Made by a program: the position numbers and the translations under genes
The notes under the pieces: model-generated
Databases searched by the model: none
What the model was told of the DNA's origin: nothing
What the model saw: only the letters and a program-made list of their open reading frames with translations
Part shown: positions 11,126 through 19,270 of the stretch, piece by piece
Numbering within the stretch: the stretch's first letter is position 1
Layout of the letters: every line of letters starts with the position of its first letter
Assembly (NCBI GenBank): GCA_028279685.1
Contig: JANQNG010000002.1
Span: 11,922 to 75,921, forward strand
Length of the DNA: 64,000 nucleotides
Direction: 5' to 3'
From: Candidatus Nanoarchaeia archaeon
Lineage (GTDB): Archaea > Nanobdellota > Nanobdellia > Woesearchaeales > SKIA01

Positions 11126-12061
11126 ATGATTCTTCACGAAAGTATGGTATTTCCATTCATCAAAGATGGTGTTTTTATTGAAAAAAAGCTCTGGAAAGAA
11201 CACATCAGAACTCTACAAAGAGAAGTAGGAACTACATTATACAGAGATAAAGAAATTTGCATTCAACTACTAAAAAAAACATTTATGCAAATCATGGAAG
11301 AAATAACTCCTAAGAAGCCGTTTGGTATTATGTTCTCAGGAGGGGTTGATTCCGCACTGATTGCTCTAGCATGCAAAAAACTTAAGAGAAATTTCTATTG
11401 TTATACTGTGGGTTTCCAAGAAGATGGTACTAAAGAACCAGAAGATGTCACTTTCGCAAAACGAATAGCAAAACAACATAATCTTCCTTTAAAGATCAAG
11501 TTATACAACAAGAGAGAGTTGCTTTTGTTGCTGAAAGAAACGATGCAGATCCTCGGCGAAGATAATGATCCTGATGCCAATATAGTAGTAAATGCAGGAG
11601 TAGGTGCTGTATTACTGGGATGCACCAAACTTGCGAATAAAGACAACATAGCGTCACTTTTTTCAGGCATCGGCAGTGAAGAGATTTTTGCAGGTTATTT
11701 CCGCCATGTTAAAGCAGAAGATAAGCAGCAGGAATGTTGGAATGGTCTTTACCAGTTATTTGAACGAGATCTTATGCGGGATGGAAAAATTGCTTTAGCG
11801 ACTAACATTACTTTCATCACTCCCTTCCTTGAAGATGATCTTATTGATGTAGCGATGAAAATTCCTGCTTCTTTTAAAATAAAAGGAAAAAAGAAAAAAT
11901 TAATAATGAGGGATGTTGCTCAAGCATTAGGACTTGATACAAAGGCTGCACAACGACGCAAACAAGCTGCCCAATACGGCAGCAGAATTGATGCAACCAT
12001 AACTAAATTTGCACGCAATCATCCTAGCAAAAAAGCATTCCTTACGAGTCTATTACTATGA
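11126..12061 (+). CDS. PP-loop ATP pyrophosphatase, asparagine synthetase C-terminal-domain-like
   Basis: The SGGVDS PP-loop motif occurs in FSGGVDSALIA. The protein is 311 aa and no glutaminase domain is present. Confidence 0.6.
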   Translation: MILHESMVFPFIKDGVFIEKKLWKEHIRTLQREVGTTLYRDKEICIQLLKKTFMQIMEEITPKKPFGIMFSGGVDSALIALACKKLKRNFYCYTVGFQEDGTKEPEDVTFAKRIAKQHNLPLKIKLYNKRELLLLLKETMQILGEDNDPDANIVVNAGVGAVLLGCTKLANKDNIASLFSGIGSEEIFAGYFRHVKAEDKQQECWNGLYQLFERDLMRDGKIALATNITFITPFLEDDLIDVAMKIPASFKIKGKKKKLIMRDVAQALGLDTKAAQRRKQAAQYGSRIDATITKFARNHPSKKAFLTSLLL

Positions 12062-12552
12062 TTATCGAAATTATCAACAGAACATTGGACACGATCATAG
12101 CGAAATTTGTCACTGGCGTAATCATTATCATGCTCGCTATTGTCGTTGGTAATATCTTAAAGAGTCTTATTATTGAAATACTAAAACGAACTATACTCTG
12201 GACACAGAAACGAACAAAATCACTGAGTATACTTCTTGCTTCGTTAGTAAAATACTTCATTATTGCTGCAGGCATCATCGCAGGGCTTGACAGCATAGGA
12301 CTCCTTAATCTCATCATCAAGTTTGTTATTGCAGTCTTCGTTCTTCTTACTATTATCTATGCTATTCTCATAGCTGTTGATTTCCTTCCAGAAGTGATAA
12401 GTAAGAGAAAAATGAACCTGTATGAGGGTCAGAAAATCAAGAGAAAAAATATCAAAGGCATTATCGTGAAGAAAAGATTCACTTCGCTACTTCTCAGAAC
12501 AGATTCGGACGAACTTTTATTACTACGCTATACTTGGTTTAAAAATCCTTAG
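12058..12552 (+). CDS. small integral membrane protein (MscS-like N-terminal TM region?)
   Basis: Three or four hydrophobic helices followed by a basic tail. Its start overlaps the upstream stop. Confidence 0.4.
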   Translation: MIIEIINRTLDTIIAKFVTGVIIIMLAIVVGNILKSLIIEILKRTILWTQKRTKSLSILLASLVKYFIIAAGIIAGLDSIGLLNLIIKFVIAVFVLLTIIYAILIAVDFLPEVISKRKMNLYEGQKIKRKNIKGIIVKKRFTSLLLRTDSDELLLLRYTWFKNP

Positions 12553-12821
12553 GAACAGATCATCTCGAGCATAGAACTAATGCTCCATATTTTAGGTCGA
12601 ACCCCTTCAGGAAGGCTTCCTGATTCTGCAATTTCATCAAAATCAGAAAGAATTTTATGAATCTTCAGCTTGATATCGTCGCAGTTCTCTAGATCCTTGA
12701 CCATCTCGCTAATTCTTTGCTTAACGTTCTTTGGTATCCCTGATTCTTCCTGAAGATCATTAAGTGCTTCAACAATACCTGATAATTGCTCCTGATCTAC
12801 ACTAACTGCAGCCATCATCAC
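12549..12821 (-). CDS. UPF0147-family small archaeal protein
   Basis: A 90 aa helical acidic protein whose pattern ...SGIPKNVKQRISEMVKDLEN... resembles the conserved archaeal UPF0147 family. Confidence 0.5.
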   Translation of the reverse strand: MMMAAVSVDQEQLSGIVEALNDLQEESGIPKNVKQRISEMVKDLENCDDIKLKIHKILSDFDEIAESGSLPEGVRPKIWSISSMLEMICS

Positions 12822-13138
12822 TCCTCCTTCTCCTTCATATCTTTCATAATCTCTGATTGCAATTCTTCAGCTTTTTCTTTAAGCTTACTCTCTTGTTTCT
12901 CTAACGATTTAAGCCTGAGATCAATAACTTCTTTTCTTTTTGTAAGATCATCTTCAAGTTTTTTCTTTGATGAAGCAACCATGATATTACCAATAATTTT
13001 GTATCCTTTTTCGACGTTCTGCAATTCTTCTGTTGCCGATTCAATTTCAAAAAGAGCTGATTGATATTGCTGCTTCTGCGTAAGAAGAGAATGCATGTTC
13101 TGTTGCAGCATTGTCAGCTGATTAATTTTTTCTTGCAT
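12818..13138 (-). CDS. pfdB: prefoldin beta subunit
   Basis: Coiled-coil Q/L/E-rich halves flank a central beta-hairpin segment (KGYKIIGNIMVASS). The likely start is MQEKIN at 13138; the ORF track extends it to 13165. Confidence 0.65.
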   Translation of the reverse strand: MQEKINQLTMLQQNMHSLLTQKQQYQSALFEIESATEELQNVEKGYKIIGNIMVASSKKKLEDDLTKRKEVIDLRLKSLEKQESKLKEKAEELQSEIMKDMKEKEE

Positions 13139-13355
13139 ATGTATCGACCTTTTCTTTGATAACAAGATTTTTTGTGATGGTGTTGAATGCTGCTCTCAAT
13201 GAAGATGCATCCTTTGCCTTAATTATGAATACAAGCTTCTCATCTCTTTCTTCAATACTGTAGTTTGCTCGTTCTCCAATTTCTTTGTCCTCAAGCAAAA
13301 AGAGCTTTTTCGTCTGCTTGTCAAGAGGAACAATGATCTCAGCTTGATAGCTCAT
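13122..13355 (-). CDS. KEOPS complex subunit Pcc1-like
   Basis: A 77 aa protein with the ...KDASSLRAAFNTITKNLVI... pattern typical of Pcc1. It sits in the conserved archaeal position next to rpoP and L37ae. Confidence 0.5.
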   Translation of the reverse strand: MSYQAEIIVPLDKQTKKLFLLEDKEIGERANYSIEERDEKLVFIIKAKDASSLRAAFNTITKNLVIKEKVDTYARKN

Positions 13356-13488
13356 CGTGCAAGGACATGGGTGCTTCTTGTTCTTGGTTTAAAAAGCACT
13401 TTTGAGCCACAGTAAGGGCATCTCACTTTCTTCTTTACATATTGTGGCTCCACACTCTTAAGGCAAAAGAAGCACTTGTAGTCTGCCA
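13351..13488 (-). CDS. rpoP: DNA-directed RNA polymerase subunit P (RpoP/Rpb12-like)
   Basis: Not in the ORF track because it is under 60 aa. Manual translation gives MADYKCFFCLKSVEPQYVKKKVRCPYCGSKVLFKPRTRSTHVLAR, with a CxxC...CxxC zinc ribbon matching archaeal RpoP. Confidence 0.8.
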
Positions 13489-13490
13489 TA

Positions 13491-13736
13491 TTATATCTCC
13501 TCGACCTCTGTCTTGATCTGTGATGGTTTCACCGGTGCATACGCTTTACTGGTGAATTTAATACCGCATTTTTTGCAAGCCCAAACGCCTGAAAACTGTC
13601 GGATAACTTTAGGATAGGTGCAATTAGGACATACTGTATTCTTTGCACTCTCATTGTTGGCTAATCGAATCCTATTGGTCAGCCCATATCTAGGACCAAA
13701 TCGGGTCGCATATCCTTTTTTCTTCTTCTGGGCCAT
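13491..13736 (-). CDS. rpl37ae: 50S ribosomal protein L37Ae (eL43)
   Basis: MAQKKKKGYATRFGPRYGL...CPNC...GVWACKKCG is a C4 zinc ribbon. Start taken at the second Met. Confidence 0.85.
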   Translation of the reverse strand: MAQKKKKGYATRFGPRYGLTNRIRLANNESAKNTVCPNCTYPKVIRQFSGVWACKKCGIKFTSKAYAPVKPSQIKTEVEEI

Positions 13737-13782
13737 TTTCTTCAGGAGAATTATCACGCCTTTATAAAGGTAATGGTTGGAA

Positions 13783-15492
13783 TCAATGCTTCTTCAATAG
13801 AATTTGTATCATGGAGCCAAAGGCAGGTCTTGTGATAATAACACCAATAGAGACTCCAATTATGGTAGTAATAGCAAATCCTTTGAGTAGTCCCGCTCCT
13901 GCAAACATCAAAGGAACCATGGCTACGAGCGTAGTTAAATATGCTGCTGTGATAATAAAAAATGCTTTTTTGAGCTTCTCTTTCCAGCCTAGTTCAACAT
14001 TTCTTTTTCTTCCCAGAGTCTCATCAGTAATCACAATCTGATGATCTACTCCAGTACCTACTGCAATAATAATACCAGCAATAGCTGCCAGATCAAGGTT
14101 CCATCCAATTAATGAAGCAACACCTAATAGTATGAACACTTCAGAAAGCATGGTGATAGCCATTGGAATTGCTATAGTAAATCTTTTGTATCTTATAGAA
14201 ACAACAACAACCACGGCAAGAATAGCCAATAATCCGATCAGCAAAGCATTATCTATGAATTCTTCACCTAACATAGGAGAGATACTGTCTACTTTGACAA
14301 TATCAAGCTTCACCGGAAGACTTCCTGTGATCATGATTGTCTGTAATCGTTTCATACTCTGTAAGGCATCAGAAATGGCCTCTTGTTGCGTTTCTCCTGC
14401 GCCTCCTCCACTAATCTGAATGTCCGTTACAGCTCTTCCCTTAAGATCTGCGCCAATATTCAATTGATCAACAAGCTCATCATCAAGATATAATTCAATT
14501 TGACTCTCAAGATAACTCTGGCCGTTCTCATCAGTGTAAACATCGAGATCTTTCGTTGCATCAGCTTGACGTTGTGCTGCTTCTGGATCAAGCGTGATCG
14601 AGAATGCAAATTCACATTGCCAACCTCCTGCAGTACTAGGTGCGCAACCTCCTTGACGAGCAATACCTGAACATTCAGCGCTTCGGCAGACATACTTAAT
14701 ATCTTTACCCCCTACAAACACAGTTTCATTATTGATCTTTGCTTCAAACTTTCCTTGACTTGAAATTAAATCTTTGACTTCTTCATCGTTTGCCCCAGAT
14801 ACCTCAACAAGAATGAAGTTCTTACCGGAAAAATCCTTAACTGCTCTAACAATCACATCAGACAATCCATACACATTTACTCTCTGCTTGATGTTTTGGA
14901 TTATAAGATCAAGATCTTCCAAATTTACTTGTTTTTCAGGCTCAAGCAATACTCTTGTTCCTCCTTGAAGATCAAGTCCTTTTCGTATATTATTCGTTGG
15001 CACAGGATACACAACAATACCTAATGGTTCAACACCTAACGATCGTTGTTCTGATTTCTGACGCGTTTCGTATCTTGTGACATTAGTTGTTTCATTTGTG
15101 GTTTGGTTGAATAGTTCCTCAGTAATTTTGACTTGTTCAGTTTCATTAAGATAGATCGTCTCGAACATCTCTCTAGTAACAAGAGTATAACTTCCCTTAC
15201 TTGTCTTAATGCGAATTGTTCTATTAGGGCCAAAATCATCAATAATCGAGTAATACTCTTCTTCTGAGTTGACCTGCTGATTATTAACGCTTAGAATGAT
15301 TTCTCTGCTTCTTGGAAGTATATTTGCTTTTGGAGAATCCATTGCTTCTGCTGCTACTGTGTTTTTCTCTATTCCTCTAATAGCAACACCTTCAGGCATG
15401 ATATTTGGATTAATAGCAACAAGAGAGAAGAGCAAAAACACTAATAGAATGATGATCCTTACATTGGTAAAAATCTTTTTCAGTTTCCCCAT
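13783..15492 (-). CDS. secD: protein-export membrane protein SecD
   Basis: N-terminal TM helix, large periplasmic domain and C-terminal six-TM bundle. Its stop and start overlap the downstream secF partner. Confidence 0.8.
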   Translation of the reverse strand: MGKLKKIFTNVRIIILLVFLLFSLVAINPNIMPEGVAIRGIEKNTVAAEAMDSPKANILPRSREIILSVNNQQVNSEEEYYSIIDDFGPNRTIRIKTSKGSYTLVTREMFETIYLNETEQVKITEELFNQTTNETTNVTRYETRQKSEQRSLGVEPLGIVVYPVPTNNIRKGLDLQGGTRVLLEPEKQVNLEDLDLIIQNIKQRVNVYGLSDVIVRAVKDFSGKNFILVEVSGANDEEVKDLISSQGKFEAKINNETVFVGGKDIKYVCRSAECSGIARQGGCAPSTAGGWQCEFAFSITLDPEAAQRQADATKDLDVYTDENGQSYLESQIELYLDDELVDQLNIGADLKGRAVTDIQISGGGAGETQQEAISDALQSMKRLQTIMITGSLPVKLDIVKVDSISPMLGEEFIDNALLIGLLAILAVVVVVSIRYKRFTIAIPMAITMLSEVFILLGVASLIGWNLDLAAIAGIIIAVGTGVDHQIVITDETLGRKRNVELGWKEKLKKAFFIITAAYLTTLVAMVPLMFAGAGLLKGFAITTIIGVSIGVIITRPAFGSMIQILLKKH

Positions 15493-16463
15493 TAGCGTTC
15501 ACTCTTCTTCGTTTTTCGTTCTAAATATAATCTGATGATACCTACATTCTGTATCCAAGTATTAATAATATCGACAAGCAATCCAATCAGTACAATAGTC
15601 ATGATCTGTGAAATCACTTCAGATCTTGAAACAATGAGTCCTAGAGCAACAGCCACAATAGTAGTAACTTGCATAGTCAATCCTGTTTTCATTGCTCCTA
15701 TCACTCTTTTTATGATACTTCCTGATTTTTCTCTAAGTACTCTGGTGCTGAGGAGAATATCGGTATCTACTGAATAACCGATAAGCATAAGGAATGCTGC
15801 AATACCTGCTGTTGACAGACGGATATCAAGCAGGTTTATTATCGCCAATGTTACAATAATGTCCGATACTGCCGCTAAGATAACTGCAATACTTGGCACG
15901 AATGTTTTGAAATAAAGAAATACCACTATACCCATAAAGACGAAAGCAATAAGAATTGCTGTTAAAGTTTGATTGAAGAAAGACGCTCCTAAGCTCGGAC
16001 CTGTTGATTCAGCAGAATAGTCAATAATATCAATTTTGTTCTCTAATGTTGCTATCATCTCTTTTTCAGCAATATCTGAAGTATCTATAGTAACACCTGT
16101 GTGTTCTCCAAGCGTTCTTAATGATCGTACAACAACATCTCTCCCTGGAAATGTTTCCTGAAGATACTGATCAATCATTGCAGCATCAGCATCAGTCTGA
16201 ATGGTAAGTGAGAGTCCTCCTTTTAATGAAACTCCTCTATTGATGAAATCACCAGTCATAGCAACTTTGGAGATAATAAGAATAATAGCTATTAATAATA
16301 TGATGAAGGGAATAACGAGAAGCTTCTTGTAATGCTTATCATATACCTCAAGCACAGGATTAGATTTCTTTTTAAGTTCCTCTTCTTTTGTTTCTTCTTC
16401 AAAATATTTATGGTGCTTTCTCTTGAATTTCTGCTGTTTACGCTGTTTTCTCGATAATGTCAT
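15492..16463 (-). CDS. secF: protein-export membrane protein SecF
   Basis: TM1, a periplasmic loop, then a five-TM bundle in an SSD-like arrangement, immediately upstream of secD. Confidence 0.8.
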   Translation of the reverse strand: MTLSRKQRKQQKFKRKHHKYFEEETKEEELKKKSNPVLEVYDKHYKKLLVIPFIILLIAIILIISKVAMTGDFINRGVSLKGGLSLTIQTDADAAMIDQYLQETFPGRDVVVRSLRTLGEHTGVTIDTSDIAEKEMIATLENKIDIIDYSAESTGPSLGASFFNQTLTAILIAFVFMGIVVFLYFKTFVPSIAVILAAVSDIIVTLAIINLLDIRLSTAGIAAFLMLIGYSVDTDILLSTRVLREKSGSIIKRVIGAMKTGLTMQVTTIVAVALGLIVSRSEVISQIMTIVLIGLLVDIINTWIQNVGIIRLYLERKTKKSER

Positions 16464-16527
16464 CCAACCTAACCCCTAATATAAGGTCGTGAGAAAAGGA
16501 TTCCATTTATATAGGTTGTGGTGAGAC

Positions 16528-17640
16528 TTAAGAACTCATTTTCACAAATTCTCCGTTCTTGACTGTTTTAATGATAAATTCTTTTACTGCATCGCCGTTT
16601 TCATCAAATGAAAATTTACCTCCTGCACCATTGTATGCAATTTGATAGATGCAATCCTTTACCGCATCAGGAACATTATGAGCTTCTTCAATACACCAAG
16701 TCAGTATGTACAATGCATCATAAGCATTGGCTGCGAGCATCTCAGGATATGCATTGTAGCGTAAATAATACTTCTCTCTAAACACTCTCTGTATTGAATC
16801 ATCACTCTCTGCATCATACGGATACGGAAAAACCAATCCTTCAGCTGCAGATCCTGCTGTGGTAATAAGCTCTGATCCAATTGCTCCAGATGTCGCAAAG
16901 AAAATAATATCCATATCCAATTCCTTCGCTTGCATCAACATATTGCCTGCCATCTTTCTTGTCATGGCAAGAAGCACATACTTCGCATTTTGTTTTTTGA
17001 GTTTGAGCAAATACGTTCTATAATCTGTTTCCTGCACATCAATTTTCTGTATTGTTCCTATAATGAAGTCATTTGTTTCTTTATATTCATCAAAACTTTG
17101 AATTATGGAATCTGCGTATGCAGTATTCATAAGCAAGAGATGCAAAGGTTCTTCGTTAATAATAGGTTTAAGATAATCTGCAAAGAAAGAAATTTCTTGC
17201 TTTGTGTGAATTTGCGTTCTAAAAATATAATCTCCTGCTTCAGATACTTTATTGGATTGCGATGCAGGACTTATGAGTATAACTTTATTTTGTTCAGCTA
17301 TAGGAGCCATAGCTAATGTTACTGATGAACCATGTGCTCCAACAACATACTGTACTTTGTCAATATCAATAAGTTTTTTTAGTACAGTTGCACCAGTCTG
17401 AGGATTATACTGTGTGTCTTCAAAGAGTATTTCGTAATTATACTTATAATTAGGATTATTATTGATCTCTTCTAATGCCAGCAACGCTCCTTCTCTTTCA
17501 TATTCTCCTCCATCCGAACTTGGACCTGTTAATGCAACAGCCATTCCTATTTTTACTGTATTGTCGTTGACTACATTGCCTGTAGTGCAACTTATCATTA
17601 TTAGAGCTAACGCTAGCACTATACCAATTAGTAATCTCAT
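16528..17640 (-). CDS. ABC transporter substrate-binding lipoprotein, LivJ/branched-chain amino-acid-binding type (Peripla_BP_6)
   Basis: KIGMAVALTGPSSDGGEYEREGALLALEEINNN is characteristic of the type. The likely start is MRLLIGIVLALALIMISC (signal peptide plus Cys) at 17640; the ORF track extends upstream. Confidence 0.75.
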   Translation of the reverse strand: MRLLIGIVLALALIMISCTTGNVVNDNTVKIGMAVALTGPSSDGGEYEREGALLALEEINNNPNYKYNYEILFEDTQYNPQTGATVLKKLIDIDKVQYVVGAHGSSVTLAMAPIAEQNKVILISPASQSNKVSEAGDYIFRTQIHTKQEISFFADYLKPIINEEPLHLLLMNTAYADSIIQSFDEYKETNDFIIGTIQKIDVQETDYRTYLLKLKKQNAKYVLLAMTRKMAGNMLMQAKELDMDIIFFATSGAIGSELITTAGSAAEGLVFPYPYDAESDDSIQRVFREKYYLRYNAYPEMLAANAYDALYILTWCIEEAHNVPDAVKDCIYQIAYNGAGGKFSFDENGDAVKEFIIKTVKNGEFVKMSS

Positions 17641-17687
17641 AAGATCATCCTCCGAGGAGAAAAACACACATTTACTATATAAAATTG

Positions 17688-17708
17688 TGTTGTTAAAAAT
17701 TAACAACA
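17688..17708. promoter_or_regulatory. perfect 9-bp inverted repeat TGTTGTTAA-AAA-TTAACAACA between the divergent SBP and trmB promoters (candidate TrmB operator)
   Basis: Seen directly. It abuts the TATA-like AAATATAAAT at 17708-17717 (about 25 nt upstream of the trmB ATG). A second TATA-like CTATATAAAA at 17674-17684 faces the substrate-binding-protein gene. Confidence 0.5.
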
Positions 17709-17737
17709 AATATAAATGAGTAGATATTTCCGATAAA

Positions 17738-18472
17738 ATGGATAAAAGAAAGCTTAAAGAAATTGGTTTTACCGACAAAGAAGTTGATGTTTATCTCACA
17801 TTATTACGGGTACAAGAAGCTACCGTTTCTGAGATAGCTAAGAAAACCAAAATAAATAGAAGTTTGATGTATAGTGTTTTAGATAGTCTTGCTGAGAAAG
17901 GTATTTCCACATACATCATTAAGAATAATGTAAGATACTATAGAGCAGCAGAACCAGGAAAAATACAAGCTATGTTAAAAGAGAAAGAAAAAATATTTTC
18001 TTCATTGCTTCCTGAACTTATTGCATTACATAAGCCACAAAAGAAAAAACCTATTGTTGAAATTTTAGAAGGAAAAGAAGGTATAAAGACTGTGCTTAAT
18101 GATATTATGACAGTAAAAAAAGAATGGTTTGCATTTAATATTCCTGGAAAAGGTCGAGAATTATTGGGAGGAATGGTTGATGCATTTCAGAAAGAGCGTG
18201 CAGAAGAAGGAATTACTTTGCATGTTATTTATGTGAAAACTCCAAGCGGGATAAAAAGAGGTCAAGAACTCGGAAAAATCAAGAACACCTATGTTAAGTG
18301 CATGCCTGAATCATATGATAGTCCTGCATCAAATCTTATCTACGGCGATAGAATCGTTATTGTTTTCTGGTCTAAAGAACATCCTTTTGCAATACGTATT
18401 ATCGACAAAGATCTTGCAGAGAGTTATAAGAACCAATTCAAAGCCGTATGGAATATCGCTAAAAAAGAATGA
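17738..18472 (+). CDS. trmB: TrmB-family sugar-responsive transcriptional regulator
   Basis: N-terminal winged HTH (FTDKEVDVYLTLLRVQEATVSEIAKKTKINRSLMYSVLDSLAEKG) plus a C-terminal effector domain; 244 aa. Confidence 0.7.
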   Translation: MDKRKLKEIGFTDKEVDVYLTLLRVQEATVSEIAKKTKINRSLMYSVLDSLAEKGISTYIIKNNVRYYRAAEPGKIQAMLKEKEKIFSSLLPELIALHKPQKKKPIVEILEGKEGIKTVLNDIMTVKKEWFAFNIPGKGRELLGGMVDAFQKERAEEGITLHVIYVKTPSGIKRGQELGKIKNTYVKCMPESYDSPASNLIYGDRIVIVFWSKEHPFAIRIIDKDLAESYKNQFKAVWNIAKKE

Positions 18473-18477
18473 TATGC

Positions 18478-18647
18478 GCCGTGGGAGAGAACCGAGAGAA
18501 CGAAGTTCTCGTGGCACCAAAAATCTTTGATTTTTGAGTGTTTCGCCCTTGAGGTTTTATCAATCTATATCGATTCGAACCCTCACTCTGTTAGGCACAG
18601 AACTCGGTCTTGAGCCGAGCGCCAAACCTGACTAGGCTTCCACGGCA
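18478..18647 (-). tRNA. tRNA-Leu(CAA), class II, with an ~84-nt non-canonical intron in the T-loop (position 59/60)
   Basis: On the minus strand the 5' acceptor GCCGTGG pairs perfectly with the 3' CCACGGC+G that lies 169 nt away. The D-arm is GCC/GGC. The anticodon stem-loop CTCGG-CTCAAGA-CCGAG gives anticodon CAA. A variable-arm hairpin TCTGT-GCCTA-ACAGA is present. The T-arm GAGGG-TTCGAA is split from T-CTCTC by the intervening sequence. Position 8-9 is AA, which is unusual. Confidence 0.5.
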
Positions 18648-18689
18648 TAAAATAAAAAAATTTAAATAATTTGAAATCTTTACGAATAA

Positions 18690-18745
18690 TACTCTGTTAG
18701 GCATGGAATTTCTTTGAGTCGGTGCCACTGGTTAGACATCCGCTT
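18690..18745 (-). pseudogene. degenerate partial copy of the tRNA-Leu 5' half (D-arm to variable arm)
   Basis: GGCACCGACTCAAAGA...TGCCTAACAGAGT on the minus strand aligns to GGCGCTCGGCTCAAGA...TGCCTAACAGAGT of the tRNA, about 45 nt upstream of it. Confidence 0.35.
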
Positions 18746-18916
18746 TTATTTTACACATAAATTTTATAAACTTCGGAAATAATTCAACACATACTTCGGT
18801 GGAAGGAAGCTCCAGATCGAGCGACCTTTTTCTTTTTTGTTCTAGAAAACTAAATAGTACTTAAACAATTCCACCAAAAATGTCCTGTGGAAATTTACGA
18901 AGGTTTCGGAAGATAT

Positions 18917-19270
18917 TCACTCAATCCTTTCCCTTTCCTCAATACTATCGAAGAATTCAAAGTTTTTCAGTGTACGATCTGGACTGAACCATATCTTGAT
19001 ACTGCGGCCTTTATCTTGTCTTGTAAAAGTATCTTTACCTCCGAAGAAGTAGAATTCTTCATGGCTTTTATGAACAAGAATATCCAATGTGAACAAACAA
19101 CCTTCTTTTGAGCATTCCTTTTCATAATCTTCCAAGATACCTACGGTTAATCCCATTACATCATTGCGATCAATGTCTCCAGGATTTATTTCTTTAATCA
19201 GAGATCCTGCAGGTGTATCTGTACATGAAGCAATAAAAAGAAGTAAAAGAAATAATAACACATATTTCAT
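18917..19270 (-). CDS. small secreted lipoprotein, hypothetical
   Basis: Signal peptide MKYVLLFLLLLFIASC with a lipobox-like Cys; 117 aa. Confidence 0.45.
   Translation of the reverse strand: MKYVLLFLLLLFIASCTDTPAGSLIKEINPGDIDRNDVMGLTVGILEDYEKECSKEGCLFTLDILVHKSHEEFYFFGGKDTFTRQDKGRSIKIWFSPDRTLKNFEFFDSIEERERIE

Noticed and set aside
18291-18530. ORFs 18291..18530 (+) and 18329..18520 (-) overlapping the trmB 3' end and the tRNA locus
   Set aside because: They overlap a better-supported CDS and the tRNA-Leu exon and intron. Their sequences are low-complexity (RGREPRERSSRGTK).
18470-18900. Integrated mobile element at the tRNA-Leu gene
   Set aside because: A tRNA fragment duplicate exists. However, no integrase, transposase or phage-like genes occur within several kb on either side, and the flanking genes are housekeeping. 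Only a possible ancient footprint remains, so it is reported as a low-interest finding instead.
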